From Chloroflexota bacterium (GTDB taxonomy: Bacteria > Chloroflexota > Anaerolineae > Anaerolineales > UBA11858): a DNA stretch of 64,000 nucleotides. Position numbers and translations under genes: made by a program. A model generated the notes under the pieces. The model saw only the letters and a program-made list of their open reading frames with translations, ran no database searches and was not told the DNA's origin. Numbering within the stretch: the first letter of the stretch is position 1; every line of letters starts with the position of its first letter. The stretch covers positions 24,938-88,937 of the forward strand of contig VGOC01000003.1 of assembly GCA_016865865.1 (NCBI GenBank), given 5' to 3'. Below, in pieces: positions 1-9,590 of the stretch.

Positions 1-899
1 GGGGTGGCTACTGTTTCCCGGGGGAGATACCCCGCCGGGCCGCCCTGGTGGTGGAGTTGCCACTCGTTCTCGAAGCCTGACCTGGCATATTGGGCTTGAG
101 TCTGCCTGAAGATTTCGCCTAACCTGGCGCCAGGTTTCGTTGCGGCGATCATGGCAGCGTCAATCTCGGCGACGGCCTGGGCTTTCCGCTGCAATGCTGG
201 CGGCATGGCGCCGAAATGGATCAAACGCGTGAGGGAACACACCAATCCAAATTGCCGCCCGCAAAGCACCAGCATGGCGTATTCGTCGAGTTTCTTGCCC
301 GTGGGCAGCGGATGACGGAAGTCGTAGATGCGCCGATCGGTAGCGATCAAGTTGACGATGGGCTGTACGCCGCGGCGTTGCGTCTCCGCCCCAAGAATGG
401 CGGCGATCTCGAATTCTGTCATGCCGGGCTGCGCCTGGCGGATGGCGGAATCCATGGCCGCCGCGCATAGTTTGGATAAGCTTCGGAAGCGAGTCTGTTC
501 CTCGGGTGACAGGTTCACGCGTAAAGGAGTCAGGTCAACGCTCGAATCGACCTTGCCTGGGTAAACTCCGTCCCTCCCTAATTTCAGTCCCTTCGTCAGT
601 CGCGCAATTTCGTCCTCGGCTTGATACCAATCTGTCACGACGAATTCCCAGCCTTGCTCTTCCAATCTTTCCTCAGCCCGAAGACGAGGGGCTTCGATCT
701 TGTTGGTTAGGAGATAGCGACCGGAAGGGGTAACGAGCAACGAGGCTACGCCGACGATATCCGCTGTGTTGACATAGGAAGCCGCGCCCCCGGTAAGCCA
801 GGCGAAGTTCGCCACCTTATGAACCAGCAAGGCGTCCAAACGATGGGACGCGAGCAAATTGCCGATTTTCGAAAGTTTGACCTGTAGTTCGTTGTTCAT
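1..899 (-). CDS. M24 family metallopeptidase (Xaa-Pro aminopeptidase/creatinase-like); 3' end runs off the window
   Basis: Absent from the ORF track because it is truncated by the window edge. Manual reverse translation from the ATG at 899-897 gives MNNELQVKLSKIGNLLASHRLDALLVHKVANFAWLTGG...PGMTEFEIAAILGAE...IATDRRIYDFRHPLPTGKKL...HHQGGPAGY, open to position 1. Creatinase-N plus pita-bread-fold-like motifs. Confidence 0.7.
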   Translation of the reverse strand, partial: MNNELQVKLSKIGNLLASHRLDALLVHKVANFAWLTGGAASYVNTADIVGVASLLVTPSGRYLLTNKIEAPRLRAEERLEEQGWEFVVTDWYQAEDEIARLTKGLKLGRDGVYPGKVDSSVDLTPLRVNLSPEEQTRFRSLSKLCAAAMDSAIRQAQPGMTEFEIAAILGAETQRRGVQPIVNLIATDRRIYDFRHPLPTGKKLDEYAMLVLCGRQFGLVCSLTRLIHFGAMPPALQRKAQAVAEIDAAMIAATKPGARLGEIFRQTQAQYARSGFENEWQLHHQGGPAGYLPRETVAT

Positions 900-903
900 C
901 GCT

Positions 904-2337
904 TTATTGATGGAAATATACATCCCATCCCAGGTATTTGCTCAGCGCCTCGTTTACTGCGGAGGCGTTTTGGGAGAGATTGACAGCGACATGATGCTCG
1001 TAACCATTCTCGCAGATATAGCGGAGTAATTTTTGCATGTTGGGGATCTGTACGACGCCGTATCCGCCAAAGGTTTTCAATGGATCGTCTGTCAGTTGGC
1101 CCTCGCCGATGTAGGCCACGATTTTGCCGCTGAAGTCGTCAGTGGATACGCGCAGGTATGTGAAGGGGCCGGTGCGCACGCGCCCCACCACGGTACCATA
1201 GGTGTTCTTCTTGCCGACTGCGCCGGCAATGATTTCCTGGTAATCCATCACGGGAATGTCTTCCGAAGCGATCTTCTCGTCCACGAAGATGTCCTTGGGA
1301 AGGTTGGAGCAGTGGAAGATCACGCCTTTCTCGGGATCATCGCCGTAGTTGTTGTTCCAATCCACGATGGCGCTGGGGGTTTGGGAAGCCAGGGTCAAGG
1401 CATACATACCCACCAACCCAGTGATGTCGGTTTCGCAGGCGGAGGGCATTAATTTATTGCTCATCATGCTCATCAGCGTACAGGGAACCACGCCGAAATA
1501 TTCTTCCATCGAAGTCCAACACTGGATGGCGCTGGCGACCAGTTTGGTTTGCTCCATCCAGTCATCAATCACAACGCCAAACTTTGCCATCTTCAGGAGA
1601 GCGTCTGCTGCGATACCTTTTGTGGGGACATAGCTTTTGATATCCGCCAGCTTCTCGACGACTTTGGGATCTTTCTCAACCAGCCTTTCGACGCGCCCGA
1701 ACGCCTCCGAGAGGTCCAGAGTTTCGATGGATATCCCGGAGCGCTCGAGCAGTTTTTCACTGAAGCGGACGGTATTGAAGGCGGCAGGTCGAGCGCCCAG
1801 CACGCCCATGCGGGCGTTCTTCAGGCCGCCCACCACCCGGCAGATGGCGGCAAAGCGGCGCAAGTCCCTCCGGAAAGACTCGCTCTCTGGAGCGACGGTA
1901 TGCAATTCGGTCAAGGTGTACTTGACGCCATACTGCCGCAAGTTGTTGCACGCCGACATCTTGCCGCAGAATGAGTCGCGCCGGTTGGCGATGGTCATCC
2001 GTCCGGCTTCATCGGGGAAGGCCTGAACCAACACAGGGACGTCGAGATCAGCCCAGCGCAAGGCGTTGGCAATGGCGCGTTCGTCGCCGAAATTGGGCAG
2101 TGTGACTAATACGCCGCTGATCTCGTGGCGATGTTTCTCGAAGAGATCTGCGCATTTTCGCGCATCGGATAAACTCTCGATACTGCCATAGGGGGTATCT
2201 TCTGGGGAGAGGGTGATCGCGTTGATGCCCTCCTCCTCGAATACTTTCAAGATCGTTGCTCTTCCAGTTTCACACAGATGCGAGGGGAAAAACCCCCGGT
2301 TGCCGACAATAATGCCTAACGTAAGTTTATCCATCAT
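904..2337 (-). CDS. L-fucose/L-arabinose isomerase family protein
   Basis: ORF 904..2538 trimmed to the MMDKLTLGIIVGNRGFFPSHL start (aa 68), which has a GAAGAGGA RBS. The longer N-terminus would overlap the LacI gene. Length and motifs (PNFGDERA, CGKMSACNNL) resemble the FucI-like sugar isomerase family. Confidence 0.7.
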   Translation of the reverse strand: MMDKLTLGIIVGNRGFFPSHLCETGRATILKVFEEEGINAITLSPEDTPYGSIESLSDARKCADLFEKHRHEISGVLVTLPNFGDERAIANALRWADLDVPVLVQAFPDEAGRMTIANRRDSFCGKMSACNNLRQYGVKYTLTELHTVAPESESFRRDLRRFAAICRVVGGLKNARMGVLGARPAAFNTVRFSEKLLERSGISIETLDLSEAFGRVERLVEKDPKVVEKLADIKSYVPTKGIAADALLKMAKFGVVIDDWMEQTKLVASAIQCWTSMEEYFGVVPCTLMSMMSNKLMPSACETDITGLVGMYALTLASQTPSAIVDWNNNYGDDPEKGVIFHCSNLPKDIFVDEKIASEDIPVMDYQEIIAGAVGKKNTYGTVVGRVRTGPFTYLRVSTDDFSGKIVAYIGEGQLTDDPLKTFGGYGVVQIPNMQKLLRYICENGYEHHVAVNLSQNASAVNEALSKYLGWDVYFHQ

Positions 2338-2395
2338 TTCCTCTTCTATGATAGAGTCCACTGAAAAAACAGCGACATGAATATTTTTAGTGGGC

Positions 2396-3433
2396 TCATG
2401 ATTCTTGGATAGAACTCTTGCGTACGACCAGACTCGGTTTGACCCAACTGATATCCGGTTTGAAATCTTCATTATTCTGATGCGCCTGGATGAATTTCGC
2501 CATTTGCTCGACGGCGATCGCCCCCAATTTTTTCGCATTCTGTCTGACCGTGGTCAAGGATGGATAGAAATAGGCCGCTTCGGGGATGTCATCGAAACCG
2601 ACGATCCCCAGGTCATTGGGTACTTCCATTCCAATTCGCCGGGCGGCCTGGAAGACGCCTAGCGACATTTGATCATTGCTGACGAAGATGGCGTCTACAT
2701 CTGGGGCTTTGGCGATCAGTGAATGCAGCCCAACTTCGCCGCTGGCGGCTGTCCAATCGCCTTCGACTTTCAGGTTATCCAGGTCATCGAGGCCCGCCTC
2801 GAGCATGGTCTCGCGCCAGCCTAATTCGCGCTGCTGCGCCTCCCACCATTCGGCAGGCCCTGTAATGATGCCGATGCGCCGATAACCCTGTTCTAAAAGA
2901 TGTTCTGTGGCCAGATGGCCCCCGAGGCGGTTATCCATGGCGGCGATGGCGTCGTCATTGGTTTTCTCTTTATTCAAAAAAACCACCGGGATCGGAATAT
3001 CGGATAACTTCTTTGGTAGTCCCCGAAGCGCCTGGCTGATGCCTGGGACCGCCCAGATGATGCCTTCGACCTGTCGAGAGAGCAAATCCCGCAGGATTTC
3101 ATCCACTCGCTCCATCTCGAAACGATCCAACAGACTCAAAATAAACGAAAACCCCAACTCATTGGATTTTTGCTCGATCCCTGTCAACACGCTGGTAGAG
3201 CCGTAGTAACCCAATCCGAAGCCGACGACGCCCAGTGTATTGCTCCTGCCGCGACTGAGGCTGCGAGCGAGTACATTCGGGGCATAGCCCAGGTTGGCGA
3301 TCACTTCCTGGACGCGCGCCCGAGTTTCTGGCGAGACATCATGACGATTGTTCAGAACGCGTGAAACGGTTTGGGTGGAAACCCCCGCAGCTTTGGCGAC
3401 ATCTTTAATCGTGATTTTATGGTTGTGAGCCAT
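2396..3433 (-). CDS. LacI family transcriptional regulator
   Basis: N-terminal HTH ITIKDVAKAAGVSTQTVSRVLNN followed by a periplasmic-binding-protein-like sugar-binding fold, 345 aa. Confidence 0.9.
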   Translation of the reverse strand: MAHNHKITIKDVAKAAGVSTQTVSRVLNNRHDVSPETRARVQEVIANLGYAPNVLARSLSRGRSNTLGVVGFGLGYYGSTSVLTGIEQKSNELGFSFILSLLDRFEMERVDEILRDLLSRQVEGIIWAVPGISQALRGLPKKLSDIPIPVVFLNKEKTNDDAIAAMDNRLGGHLATEHLLEQGYRRIGIITGPAEWWEAQQRELGWRETMLEAGLDDLDNLKVEGDWTAASGEVGLHSLIAKAPDVDAIFVSNDQMSLGVFQAARRIGMEVPNDLGIVGFDDIPEAAYFYPSLTTVRQNAKKLGAIAVEQMAKFIQAHQNNEDFKPDISWVKPSLVVRKSSIQES

Positions 3434-3444
3434 CTACACCTTGC

Positions 3445-3468
3445 GTTATCGTTCCCGTTAGCGATAAC
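3445..3468. promoter_or_regulatory. Candidate LacI-type operator (GTTATCGTT-CCC-GTTAGCGATAAC) in the 5' leader of the LacI gene
   Basis: Near-palindromic 12-mer GTTAGCGATAAC with a CG centre, typical of LacI/GalR operators. A second copy of the same composite motif lies at 3587-3610. Confidence 0.5.
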
Positions 3469-3586
3469 ATGCGCCTGATACAAAAATAGCATATTGGCCT
3501 CCTTCAGTCAAGTTTGTTATGTATTATGTCACGAGGATCGGGTGATTAAACTCATATAAACCCCTTGATATGCGAACTAGCAAAAT

Positions 3587-3610
3587 GTTATCGTTTCTGT
3601 TATCGCTAAC
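3587..3610. promoter_or_regulatory. Second candidate LacI-type operator (GTTATCGTT-TCT-GTTATCGCTAAC)
   Basis: Same 9-mer plus the reverse-complement form of the 12-mer at 3457-3468, about 140 bp away. The spacing is compatible with looping or auto-regulation. Confidence 0.45.
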
Positions 3611-3613
3611 ATT

Positions 3614-3714
3614 CGAGTAGAGGATCCGGGACGGCATAGATGGGGGTGCGTATGCATCACGCACCTATATATATGCCGCCCCGCCCCCTCGTTCATGAGT
3701 TTTTCAGTGAACTC
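3614..3714. repeat. Family A palindromic repeat, decayed copy lacking the left outer arm
   Basis: CGAGTAGAGGATCCGGGACGGCATAGATGGGGGTGCG...GCACCTATATATATGCCGCCCCGCCCCCTCGTTCATGAGTTTTTCAGTGAACTC aligns with the copies at 17473, 33176 and 41163. Confidence 0.8.
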
Positions 3715-3756
3715 AATGAAGCATTTTCAGTATCATCTCAATAATTGAAGGAGGGC

Positions 3757-3795
3757 GGGGGGTGTGCGGGCGGCGAAGCCGTCCGCACACCCCCC
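3757..3795 (-). terminator. GC-rich hairpin 14 nt downstream of the URO-D-like stop; possible terminator or stabiliser
   Basis: GGGGGGTGTGCGG...CCGCACACCCCCC forms a 13-bp stem. No clean U-tract follows, so terminator function is uncertain. Confidence 0.35.
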
Positions 3796-3808
3796 ATCTT
3801 CCCCCAAG

Positions 3809-4846
3809 TTATTGAGAAGATACCATTTTCAGCAAAGCAGCGACATTCTCCATAGAAATGTCTGTCATCATCCGGTGTGAAGGAGCAACGATCAGTCCGG
3901 TTTTATTGGGCGCAAGAGTTGCGATACACTTTTCGGTCGCCTCTCTGACCTCGAGGGGGGTTCCATGAGGCAGCACGGTCTGTGTAGAAATCCCCCCGTA
4001 GTAGGCCAGGCGATCCCCGAAGGCGTTCTTCAACCAGGCGTGATCCAACACCTCGGGCTGGACTGGATTGAGAGCGGTCAAACCGATTTCGACCAGGTCT
4101 GGCAGAATCCGAGCGATCTGTCCATCGGAGTGCATCATGACCGGCAGGCCAGCCTCGAGGAAGGGTTGGAATAACCGCTTCAGGCGCGGCTTGATCATCG
4201 TCTGCCACATCGCAGGGGAAAAAAGCAGGTTCGCCTGCGCGCCGTAGTCATCGCCAAAATAGCCGCCGTCTACGCCTAGCCCGATAAAGCGTTCGATCAG
4301 AATCAACTGGATTTCTGTCACCCGCTCCAGGAGTTCTTCGACCCAAATCGGATCGAGGGCCATCTCCAGCAGAAGGGTGTCGAATCCGCGCAACGACCAG
4401 GCTCTCTCGAACAGGGCCCAACCGAAGTTCGGAACGATGAAATGCTGGCCGCCATCGGCTGCGATCTTCGCTGCGGCCTCATCCATCAATTGGGGCTCAT
4501 GCGGATCAGGCCAGGGGAAGGCATCCAGATCTTTCGACTCCGCCAGGGGATTGTAGGCTGCGTAGTAACCCTCCTCCTCCACATCGAAACCGACGCCCCA
4601 CCAATCGTATTTCCATTTGCCATCGGCGCTAACCCTGGCATCGTAGGAAAGATCGACGCGCAGCAGATGATTGCCAAGGAATTCGGGCAAATCATCCAAG
4701 GCAACATCGAAACGGGCAGCCATCTTCTGCCCCATGGCGTGGGTGTAATTGATCTGTGTGGGCAGATGATCCACTGGCTGGTGGGCAAGTGTTCGTTGCA
4801 GGCGTTCTTTCGGTGTCATTGGCGATCGGAGTTCATGTATGCGCAA
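3809..4846 (-). CDS. Uroporphyrinogen decarboxylase (URO-D) family protein, MtaA/CmuA-like methyltransferase fold
   Basis: 345 aa with N-terminus MTPKERLQRTLAHQPVDHLPTQINY. Length is typical of the URO-D family. The start could be M1 or M10. Confidence 0.65.
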   Translation of the reverse strand: MRIHELRSPMTPKERLQRTLAHQPVDHLPTQINYTHAMGQKMAARFDVALDDLPEFLGNHLLRVDLSYDARVSADGKWKYDWWGVGFDVEEEGYYAAYNPLAESKDLDAFPWPDPHEPQLMDEAAAKIAADGGQHFIVPNFGWALFERAWSLRGFDTLLLEMALDPIWVEELLERVTEIQLILIERFIGLGVDGGYFGDDYGAQANLLFSPAMWQTMIKPRLKRLFQPFLEAGLPVMMHSDGQIARILPDLVEIGLTALNPVQPEVLDHAWLKNAFGDRLAYYGGISTQTVLPHGTPLEVREATEKCIATLAPNKTGLIVAPSHRMMTDISMENVAALLKMVSSQ

Positions 4847-4945
4847 GTCATGACTGATGGATGTCTTTACTATAACAATTGGGGCTTCTACTGTCTAGTC
4901 GATTCGAACCTTAAGTCTTTGTGAATCGATTACTGGCGATTACCC

Positions 4946-4974
4946 TTGACTAGATTTCCCAGGACGGGTATATT
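4946..4974 (+). promoter_or_regulatory. Sigma-70-like promoter for the AsnC-family gene (TTGACT-17 nt-TATATT)
   Basis: TTGACT at 4946-4951 and TATATT at 4969-4974 with 17-nt spacing, 40 nt upstream of the ATG at 5014. Confidence 0.5.
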
Positions 4975-5013
4975 TACTGTGCTTGTTAGAAACGGAAATA
5001 AATAGAAGTAATA

Positions 5014-5496
5014 ATGTATAAAATCGACAAGATAGACTACGATATTGTTACTTTCTTGATGGAAGACGGACGCATGTCTGCTTCCGAGATTGCGCGGCGG
5101 CTGGGAGATGTGACCGAGCGCACCATCCGGTATCGCATCGAGCGCATGGTAGAGGAGGGGTTGATGCGCATCAGCGCTGTGGTCAATCCACAGGCTTTGG
5201 GCTTCGATACGATAGCCGACGTCTTCGTAGAGGTCGAGTCTGACTTGATTGCCGATGTAGCAGAAAAAGTCGCCCGGTTCGATAATGTCAGCTATGTGGC
5301 GTATTCGATTGGCGAGACTGATGTCAGCGTGCAGGTGGTTGCTAAGGACACAGCCGATGTGTATCGCTTCGTGACCGAGGTGATCCGCAGGATCCCCGGT
5401 GTGCGCAAAACGACCACTTCGATCGTGCCTTCGATTGTCAAAGATGTTTACCAATGGCCTATCCCTGCCAGCCTTCTGGCAGATGTCGGCGAATAG
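5014..5496 (+). CDS. Lrp/AsnC family transcriptional regulator
   Basis: IDKIDYDIVTFLMEDGRMSASEIARRLGDVTERTIRYRIERMVEEGL HTH plus a C-terminal RAM-like domain, 160 aa. Confidence 0.9.
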   Translation: MYKIDKIDYDIVTFLMEDGRMSASEIARRLGDVTERTIRYRIERMVEEGLMRISAVVNPQALGFDTIADVFVEVESDLIADVAEKVARFDNVSYVAYSIGETDVSVQVVAKDTADVYRFVTEVIRRIPGVRKTTTSIVPSIVKDVYQWPIPASLLADVGE

Positions 5497-5580
5497 TTTT
5501 GGCTCTCTTCAGATTTGTGGGAGACGGCAGTTGAAAACTGCACCAACACCTGCGAAGTTGCCCTTCGGAGAGAATGACGT

Positions 5581-6939
5581 ATGACGCAAACCCTGAACGA
5601 TGCCCTTGTTTATTCGCAGCGTTGGCTGGAGATCATTCACAAGGACGAAGTGTCCGAAGCGGAGGGGAAACAAATCATCGAGGAATCCACGCAAAACTTT
5701 GCTGAATATTTCAACCGCGGCTGGCTGGAGTACCGCAAATCCGTCACCGAGGCTGGCGATTGGGCTGCCACCGAATGGACGGGCCGGGGGGCTGTCTTTC
5801 GGGATGTGCTGGGCCGCGAGTATCTCGACTGCCTGGGCGGGTTCGGCATGATGAACCTGGGCTGGGGGCACCCCGACGTGGCAGCCGCCGTCGCCGCCCA
5901 ACTCAAACGAACCCCTATGCCCAGCCAGGAGTTGATTGACCCGCTGCGCGGCGTGCTGTCGCGGTTGATGGCGCAAATCACGCCCGGCGACCTGAAATAT
6001 AGCTTCTTCGCTGCCAGCGGAACCGAGGCCATCGAGGGCGCAATCAAGCTGGCCAAGATGTACACCCGAAAGAACGGCTTCATCGTGGCGGTGAAAGCCT
6101 TCCACGGCAAAACCATGGGGTCGCTCTCGATGATGGGCAAATCTGATTACCGCGCCCCTGCAGGGATGCTCTACGGCGGGCCGGTCTATCACGCGCCCTT
6201 CGGCGACGCCGAGGCCGTCGAGCGCCAGTTGGATATCTGCCAGAAAGTGGGTGTGGATATCGCCGCGGTGCTGATGGAACCCATCCAGGGCGAGGCCGGG
6301 GTGATCGTCCCGCCGGATGATTTCTGGCCGCGCATTCGTGAGGCTACCCGTCACTACGGTGTGCTGCTGATCGCCGACGAGGTGCAGACCGGCCTCGGGC
6401 GCACCGGTAAACTCTGGGGCGTGGATCACTGGAAGGTCACGCCTGACATCCTGGCGGTTGCCAAATCCCTGGGCGGGGGCGTGATGCCGGTGAGCGCCTT
6501 CTGCTCGACCGAGGAAATCTGGCAGGTGATGATGGAACCTAACCCCTTCATTCACACGACTACCACCGGGGGCGGCGCGCTGGCCTGTTCAGCCGCCATC
6601 GCCTCGATCCACGTCACGCTGCGCGACCGCCTGTGGGAACAGGCAGCCGCCAAAGGGGAGTATCTCATCCCGAAATTGAAAGACCTGGCAGCCAGGTATC
6701 CCCAAATCTACCAGGAAATCACCGGCAAAGGTTTGTTCATCGGCCAGCACTTCCACACCCCGGAACTCGGCTACAAGGTGGCTGCTGGCCTGTTCAAGCG
6801 CGGCGTACTGGTATCTGGCACGCTGACCAGCGCTAAAACCATCCGCATCGAGCCTCCGTTGGTGATTACGTATGAGCAAATAGACGAGCTGCTCGACCGG
6901 CTGGAGGATACGCTGGAAGACGTAAAACGTAATGCGTAA
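5581..6939 (+). CDS. patA: Putrescine aminotransferase (class-III PLP aminotransferase, YgjG/PatA type)
   Basis: Block-by-block resemblance to E. coli PatA: FNRGWLEYRKSVTEAGDWAATEW, YLDCLGGFGMMNLGWGHP, SQELIDPLR, LKYSFFAASGTEAIEGAIKLAK, EPIQGEAGVIVPP, DEVQTGLGRTGK, PDILAVAKSLGGGVMP, HTTTTGG. Confidence 0.85.
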   Translation: MTQTLNDALVYSQRWLEIIHKDEVSEAEGKQIIEESTQNFAEYFNRGWLEYRKSVTEAGDWAATEWTGRGAVFRDVLGREYLDCLGGFGMMNLGWGHPDVAAAVAAQLKRTPMPSQELIDPLRGVLSRLMAQITPGDLKYSFFAASGTEAIEGAIKLAKMYTRKNGFIVAVKAFHGKTMGSLSMMGKSDYRAPAGMLYGGPVYHAPFGDAEAVERQLDICQKVGVDIAAVLMEPIQGEAGVIVPPDDFWPRIREATRHYGVLLIADEVQTGLGRTGKLWGVDHWKVTPDILAVAKSLGGGVMPVSAFCSTEEIWQVMMEPNPFIHTTTTGGGALACSAAIASIHVTLRDRLWEQAAAKGEYLIPKLKDLAARYPQIYQEITGKGLFIGQHFHTPELGYKVAAGLFKRGVLVSGTLTSAKTIRIEPPLVITYEQIDELLDRLEDTLEDVKRNA

Positions 6940-6990
6940 AACGTAATGCGAAAAACGTGAGGTGTAGTTTCACGTTTCACGTTTTACGTT
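6920..6990. repeat. Family F repeat: CGTAAAACGTAATG x2 followed by an inverted ACGTGAAAC block
   Basis: Direct repeat at 6921-6934 and 6935-6948, plus the inverted AAAACGTGA...TCACGTTTCACGTTTT. It contains the patA stop codon. Confidence 0.7.
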
Positions 6991-7030
6991 TCCCTATTCC
7001 CTCATCGTGCCAACCCACGAAAGGTATTCC

Positions 7031-8407
7031 ATGAACATCTTCGATCCTCTTTTTCTCTCCCGGACCCAGAAATCGAAAGCCATGTTCGAGCGCGCCAGCC
7101 GGCGATTGCCAGGAGGGGTAGCTGGCAACGGCAAATTCCTGCGGCCCTATCCAATCTATGTGGGGCAGGCGCAGGGGGGCGAGTTCCTGGATGTGGACGG
7201 CAACCGCTATGTGGATTTACTGATGGGCGCCGGTGTACATATTCTAGGCCATTCGCCCGAGGTGGTGATGAGCGCCGTGGAAGGCCAGTTGCGCAAGGGC
7301 GCGCAGTATTATATGGCCGCCGAAGCTGAGGTGCTCCTGGCCGAGAAGATTTGTTACTTGATGCCGCACGTCGAGATGGTGCGTTTCGTCAACACCGGCT
7401 CGGAGGCCACTCAAATGGCCTTGCGGGCAGCCCGTGCTTATCGCAAACGTGATAAGATCGCCAAATTCGAGGGCAATTTCCACGGCCAGCACGAGGCGGT
7501 GCTGATCAGCACCCTGGGAGCGGAGGGGGAGGCGGACGCGCCATCCCCGCGGATAGATAGCGCGGGGGTGCCCGCGTCGACTCGCCAGGGGGTGCTGGTG
7601 TTGCCCTACAACGACGCCGGGCGCGCTGCGGCCTTGATCGAGGCGCATGCCGACGAGTTGGGCGCGGTGATCCTGGAACCCGTCTCGGCCTTTGGCCTGG
7701 GCGTGGCGGCTGCCGAGCCCGATTTTCTCCAGGCGGTGCGCGACGTTACGGCGAAGCACGGCATCCCGTTGATTTTCGACGAGATTGTGACTAACTTCCG
7801 CCTGGGGTTGGGCGGGGCGACGGAATATTTCGGCGTCACGCCCGATCTAGTCTGCCTGGGCAAGATCGTGGGGGGCGGCTTCGCTATTGGCGGCTATGGC
7901 GGGCGTCGCGAGATCATGGATCAGGTGGTCACGCCGCGCACCGGGCTGTGGAATCTCAGCGAGCAGATTTTCCAATCGGGCTGTTTTTCGGGCAATCCCA
8001 TCTCGATGATGGCCGGGCTGGCCGTGCTCACCGAACTCGAAAAAGGGCAGGTTCACCCGTATATCAACCGAATCGCCGAACGATTACAGATTGGCTTGAC
8101 AGAGATCGGCGAGCGGCTGGGCTTCCCCATCCTGGTCAATCGGGCGGCTTCGTGCTTTCAGGTGCATTTCGGGGTCGAACGTATCCGCAATAAGCGCGAT
8201 CAACTGTGCGCTGACAAGAAGATCGCTGATTTGTTCCACTATGGCCTGCGCGCTCACGGGGTGATGGCAAGCTCACATCCTCTGTTCATTTCCGCTGCCC
8301 ACACCGACCAGCATGTCGGCGTCGTGCTGGAAGCGGCAGAGCGCGTCTTGGAACAGATGCGGGACGCGGACACTTCGACTTCGCTCAGTGCAAGCGAGCG
8401 CGGATGA
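7031..8407 (+). CDS. Class-III PLP aminotransferase (glutamate-1-semialdehyde aminomutase-like family)
   Basis: ORF 7007..8407 trimmed to the ATG at aa 9 (GAAAGG RBS). Motifs LPGGVAGNGKF, VNTGSEATQMALRAARAY, FDEIVTNFRLG, LGKIVGGGF. The last 14 codons lie inside repeat C1. Confidence 0.8.
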   Translation: MNIFDPLFLSRTQKSKAMFERASRRLPGGVAGNGKFLRPYPIYVGQAQGGEFLDVDGNRYVDLLMGAGVHILGHSPEVVMSAVEGQLRKGAQYYMAAEAEVLLAEKICYLMPHVEMVRFVNTGSEATQMALRAARAYRKRDKIAKFEGNFHGQHEAVLISTLGAEGEADAPSPRIDSAGVPASTRQGVLVLPYNDAGRAAALIEAHADELGAVILEPVSAFGLGVAAAEPDFLQAVRDVTAKHGIPLIFDEIVTNFRLGLGGATEYFGVTPDLVCLGKIVGGGFAIGGYGGRREIMDQVVTPRTGLWNLSEQIFQSGCFSGNPISMMAGLAVLTELEKGQVHPYINRIAERLQIGLTEIGERLGFPILVNRAASCFQVHFGVERIRNKRDQLCADKKIADLFHYGLRAHGVMASSHPLFISAAHTDQHVGVVLEAAERVLEQMRDADTSTSLSASERG

Positions 8408-8422
8408 GCGCGGAAAGAAGCG
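8362..8422. repeat. Family C repeat, partial copy (C1)
   Basis: GGACGCGGACACTTCGACTTCGCTCAGTGCAAGCGAGCGCGG is the reverse complement of 9645-9686 with one mismatch. Confidence 0.8.
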
Positions 8423-8437
8423 AGAGCCGAGAGAGCC

Positions 8438-9547
8438 ATGAATGAATTCTGCGTAGAGTTGCGCGACGTGGTGAAGCGGTTTCCTACCCCCGAGGGGAGT
8501 GAGGTATTTGCCGTTGACCACGTCACCATGCAAATCAAGAACGGCGAGTTCTTCTCCATGTTGGGGCCGTCGGGCTGCGGGAAAACCACCTCGCTGCGCA
8601 TGGTCGCCGGGTTCGAGTGGCCCACCGTCGGGGAGGTCTATATCGAGGGCGAAGCCATGGGGCGCAGGCCGCCCTATTTGAGGCCGGTCAACACCGTCTT
8701 CCAGAGTTACGCCCTCTTCCCGCACATGTCGGTCGCCGAGAATGTGGCCTACGGTCTCGAAATGGAGAAGACGCCCAAATACGAGATCAAACGCCGCGTC
8801 GGCGAGATTCTGGAGATGGTCAAGCTGAGCGGCATGGAACGGCGCAAGCCCAGGCAGCTCTCCGGCGGACAGCAGCAGCGCGTCGCACTGGCGCGTGCGC
8901 TGGTCAAACATCCAAAGGTGCTGCTGTTGGATGAACCCCTCGGCGCCCTCGACTTGAAGCTGCGCAAGGAGATGCAGTTGGAATTGAAAGCCCTGCAGCA
9001 AGAAGTGGGGATCACCTTCGTTTACGTGACTCATGACCAGGAGGAAGCCCTGACTATGTCCGACCGCATCGCCGTGATGGATCATGGCCGGGTGCTGCAA
9101 ATCGGCGCGCCGGTGGAAATCTACGAGCGCCCCAACAGCCGCTTCGTGGCCGACTTCATCGGCGAGACCAATTTCCTCAGCGGCGAGGCGCGCGCCATCG
9201 AGGAGGACCGCGTCACGGTGTATATCCCCAGCCTGAAGGATGAACTGGTCGGCGCCAAGGCCGCGCCGGTAAACGTGGGTGATCAGGTGGTCGTCTCGAT
9301 GCGCCCGGAGAAAATCCGCCTGGCCTCTGATAGAGCTTTGCCGCAGAACTGCTTCAGCGGCATCGTGCTGAACACGGCTTACATCGGCTCGGACACGCGC
9401 GTGATCGTAGACCTGGGCGGCGCGCCGCTGGCGGTTTGGGAGCAGAACAAGATCTCCACCCTCGACCCGGAAGCCTATTACGCGCCCGGGGAACAGGTCT
9501 GGGTGGTGGTGCTGCCCGAAAACGCCCTCGTATTGCAGGATGTGTAG
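8438..9547 (+). CDS. potA: Spermidine/putrescine ABC transporter ATP-binding protein
   Basis: Walker A GPSGCGKTT, signature LSGGQQQRVALARAL, Walker B LLLDEP, plus a C-terminal TOBE-like domain, 369 aa. Confidence 0.9.
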   Translation: MNEFCVELRDVVKRFPTPEGSEVFAVDHVTMQIKNGEFFSMLGPSGCGKTTSLRMVAGFEWPTVGEVYIEGEAMGRRPPYLRPVNTVFQSYALFPHMSVAENVAYGLEMEKTPKYEIKRRVGEILEMVKLSGMERRKPRQLSGGQQQRVALARALVKHPKVLLLDEPLGALDLKLRKEMQLELKALQQEVGITFVYVTHDQEEALTMSDRIAVMDHGRVLQIGAPVEIYERPNSRFVADFIGETNFLSGEARAIEEDRVTVYIPSLKDELVGAKAAPVNVGDQVVVSMRPEKIRLASDRALPQNCFSGIVLNTAYIGSDTRVIVDLGGAPLAVWEQNKISTLDPEAYYAPGEQVWVVVLPENALVLQDV

Positions 9548-9590
9548 GTTGTTACCATGCAATCTCTTCTTCATGCGCACAATATGTATC

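Noticed and set aside
4893-4930. tRNA-like T-arm string (GTCGATTCGAACC) in the URO-D/AsnC intergenic region.
   Set aside because: No acceptor stem, anticodon arm or D-arm can be built around it. It is part of a TCGATTC-n19-GAATCGA inverted repeat in a divergent promoter region.
5509-6555. Long antisense ORFs opposite well-supported genes (for example 5509..6555, 8273..9580, 13542..14675, 22720..24051, 40131..41288, 41891..42793, 52356..53267).
   Set aside because: Their products are low-complexity and Arg/Gly/His/Pro-rich, typical of the antisense frame of GC-rich coding DNA. Each overlaps a gene with clear family motifs on the other strand.
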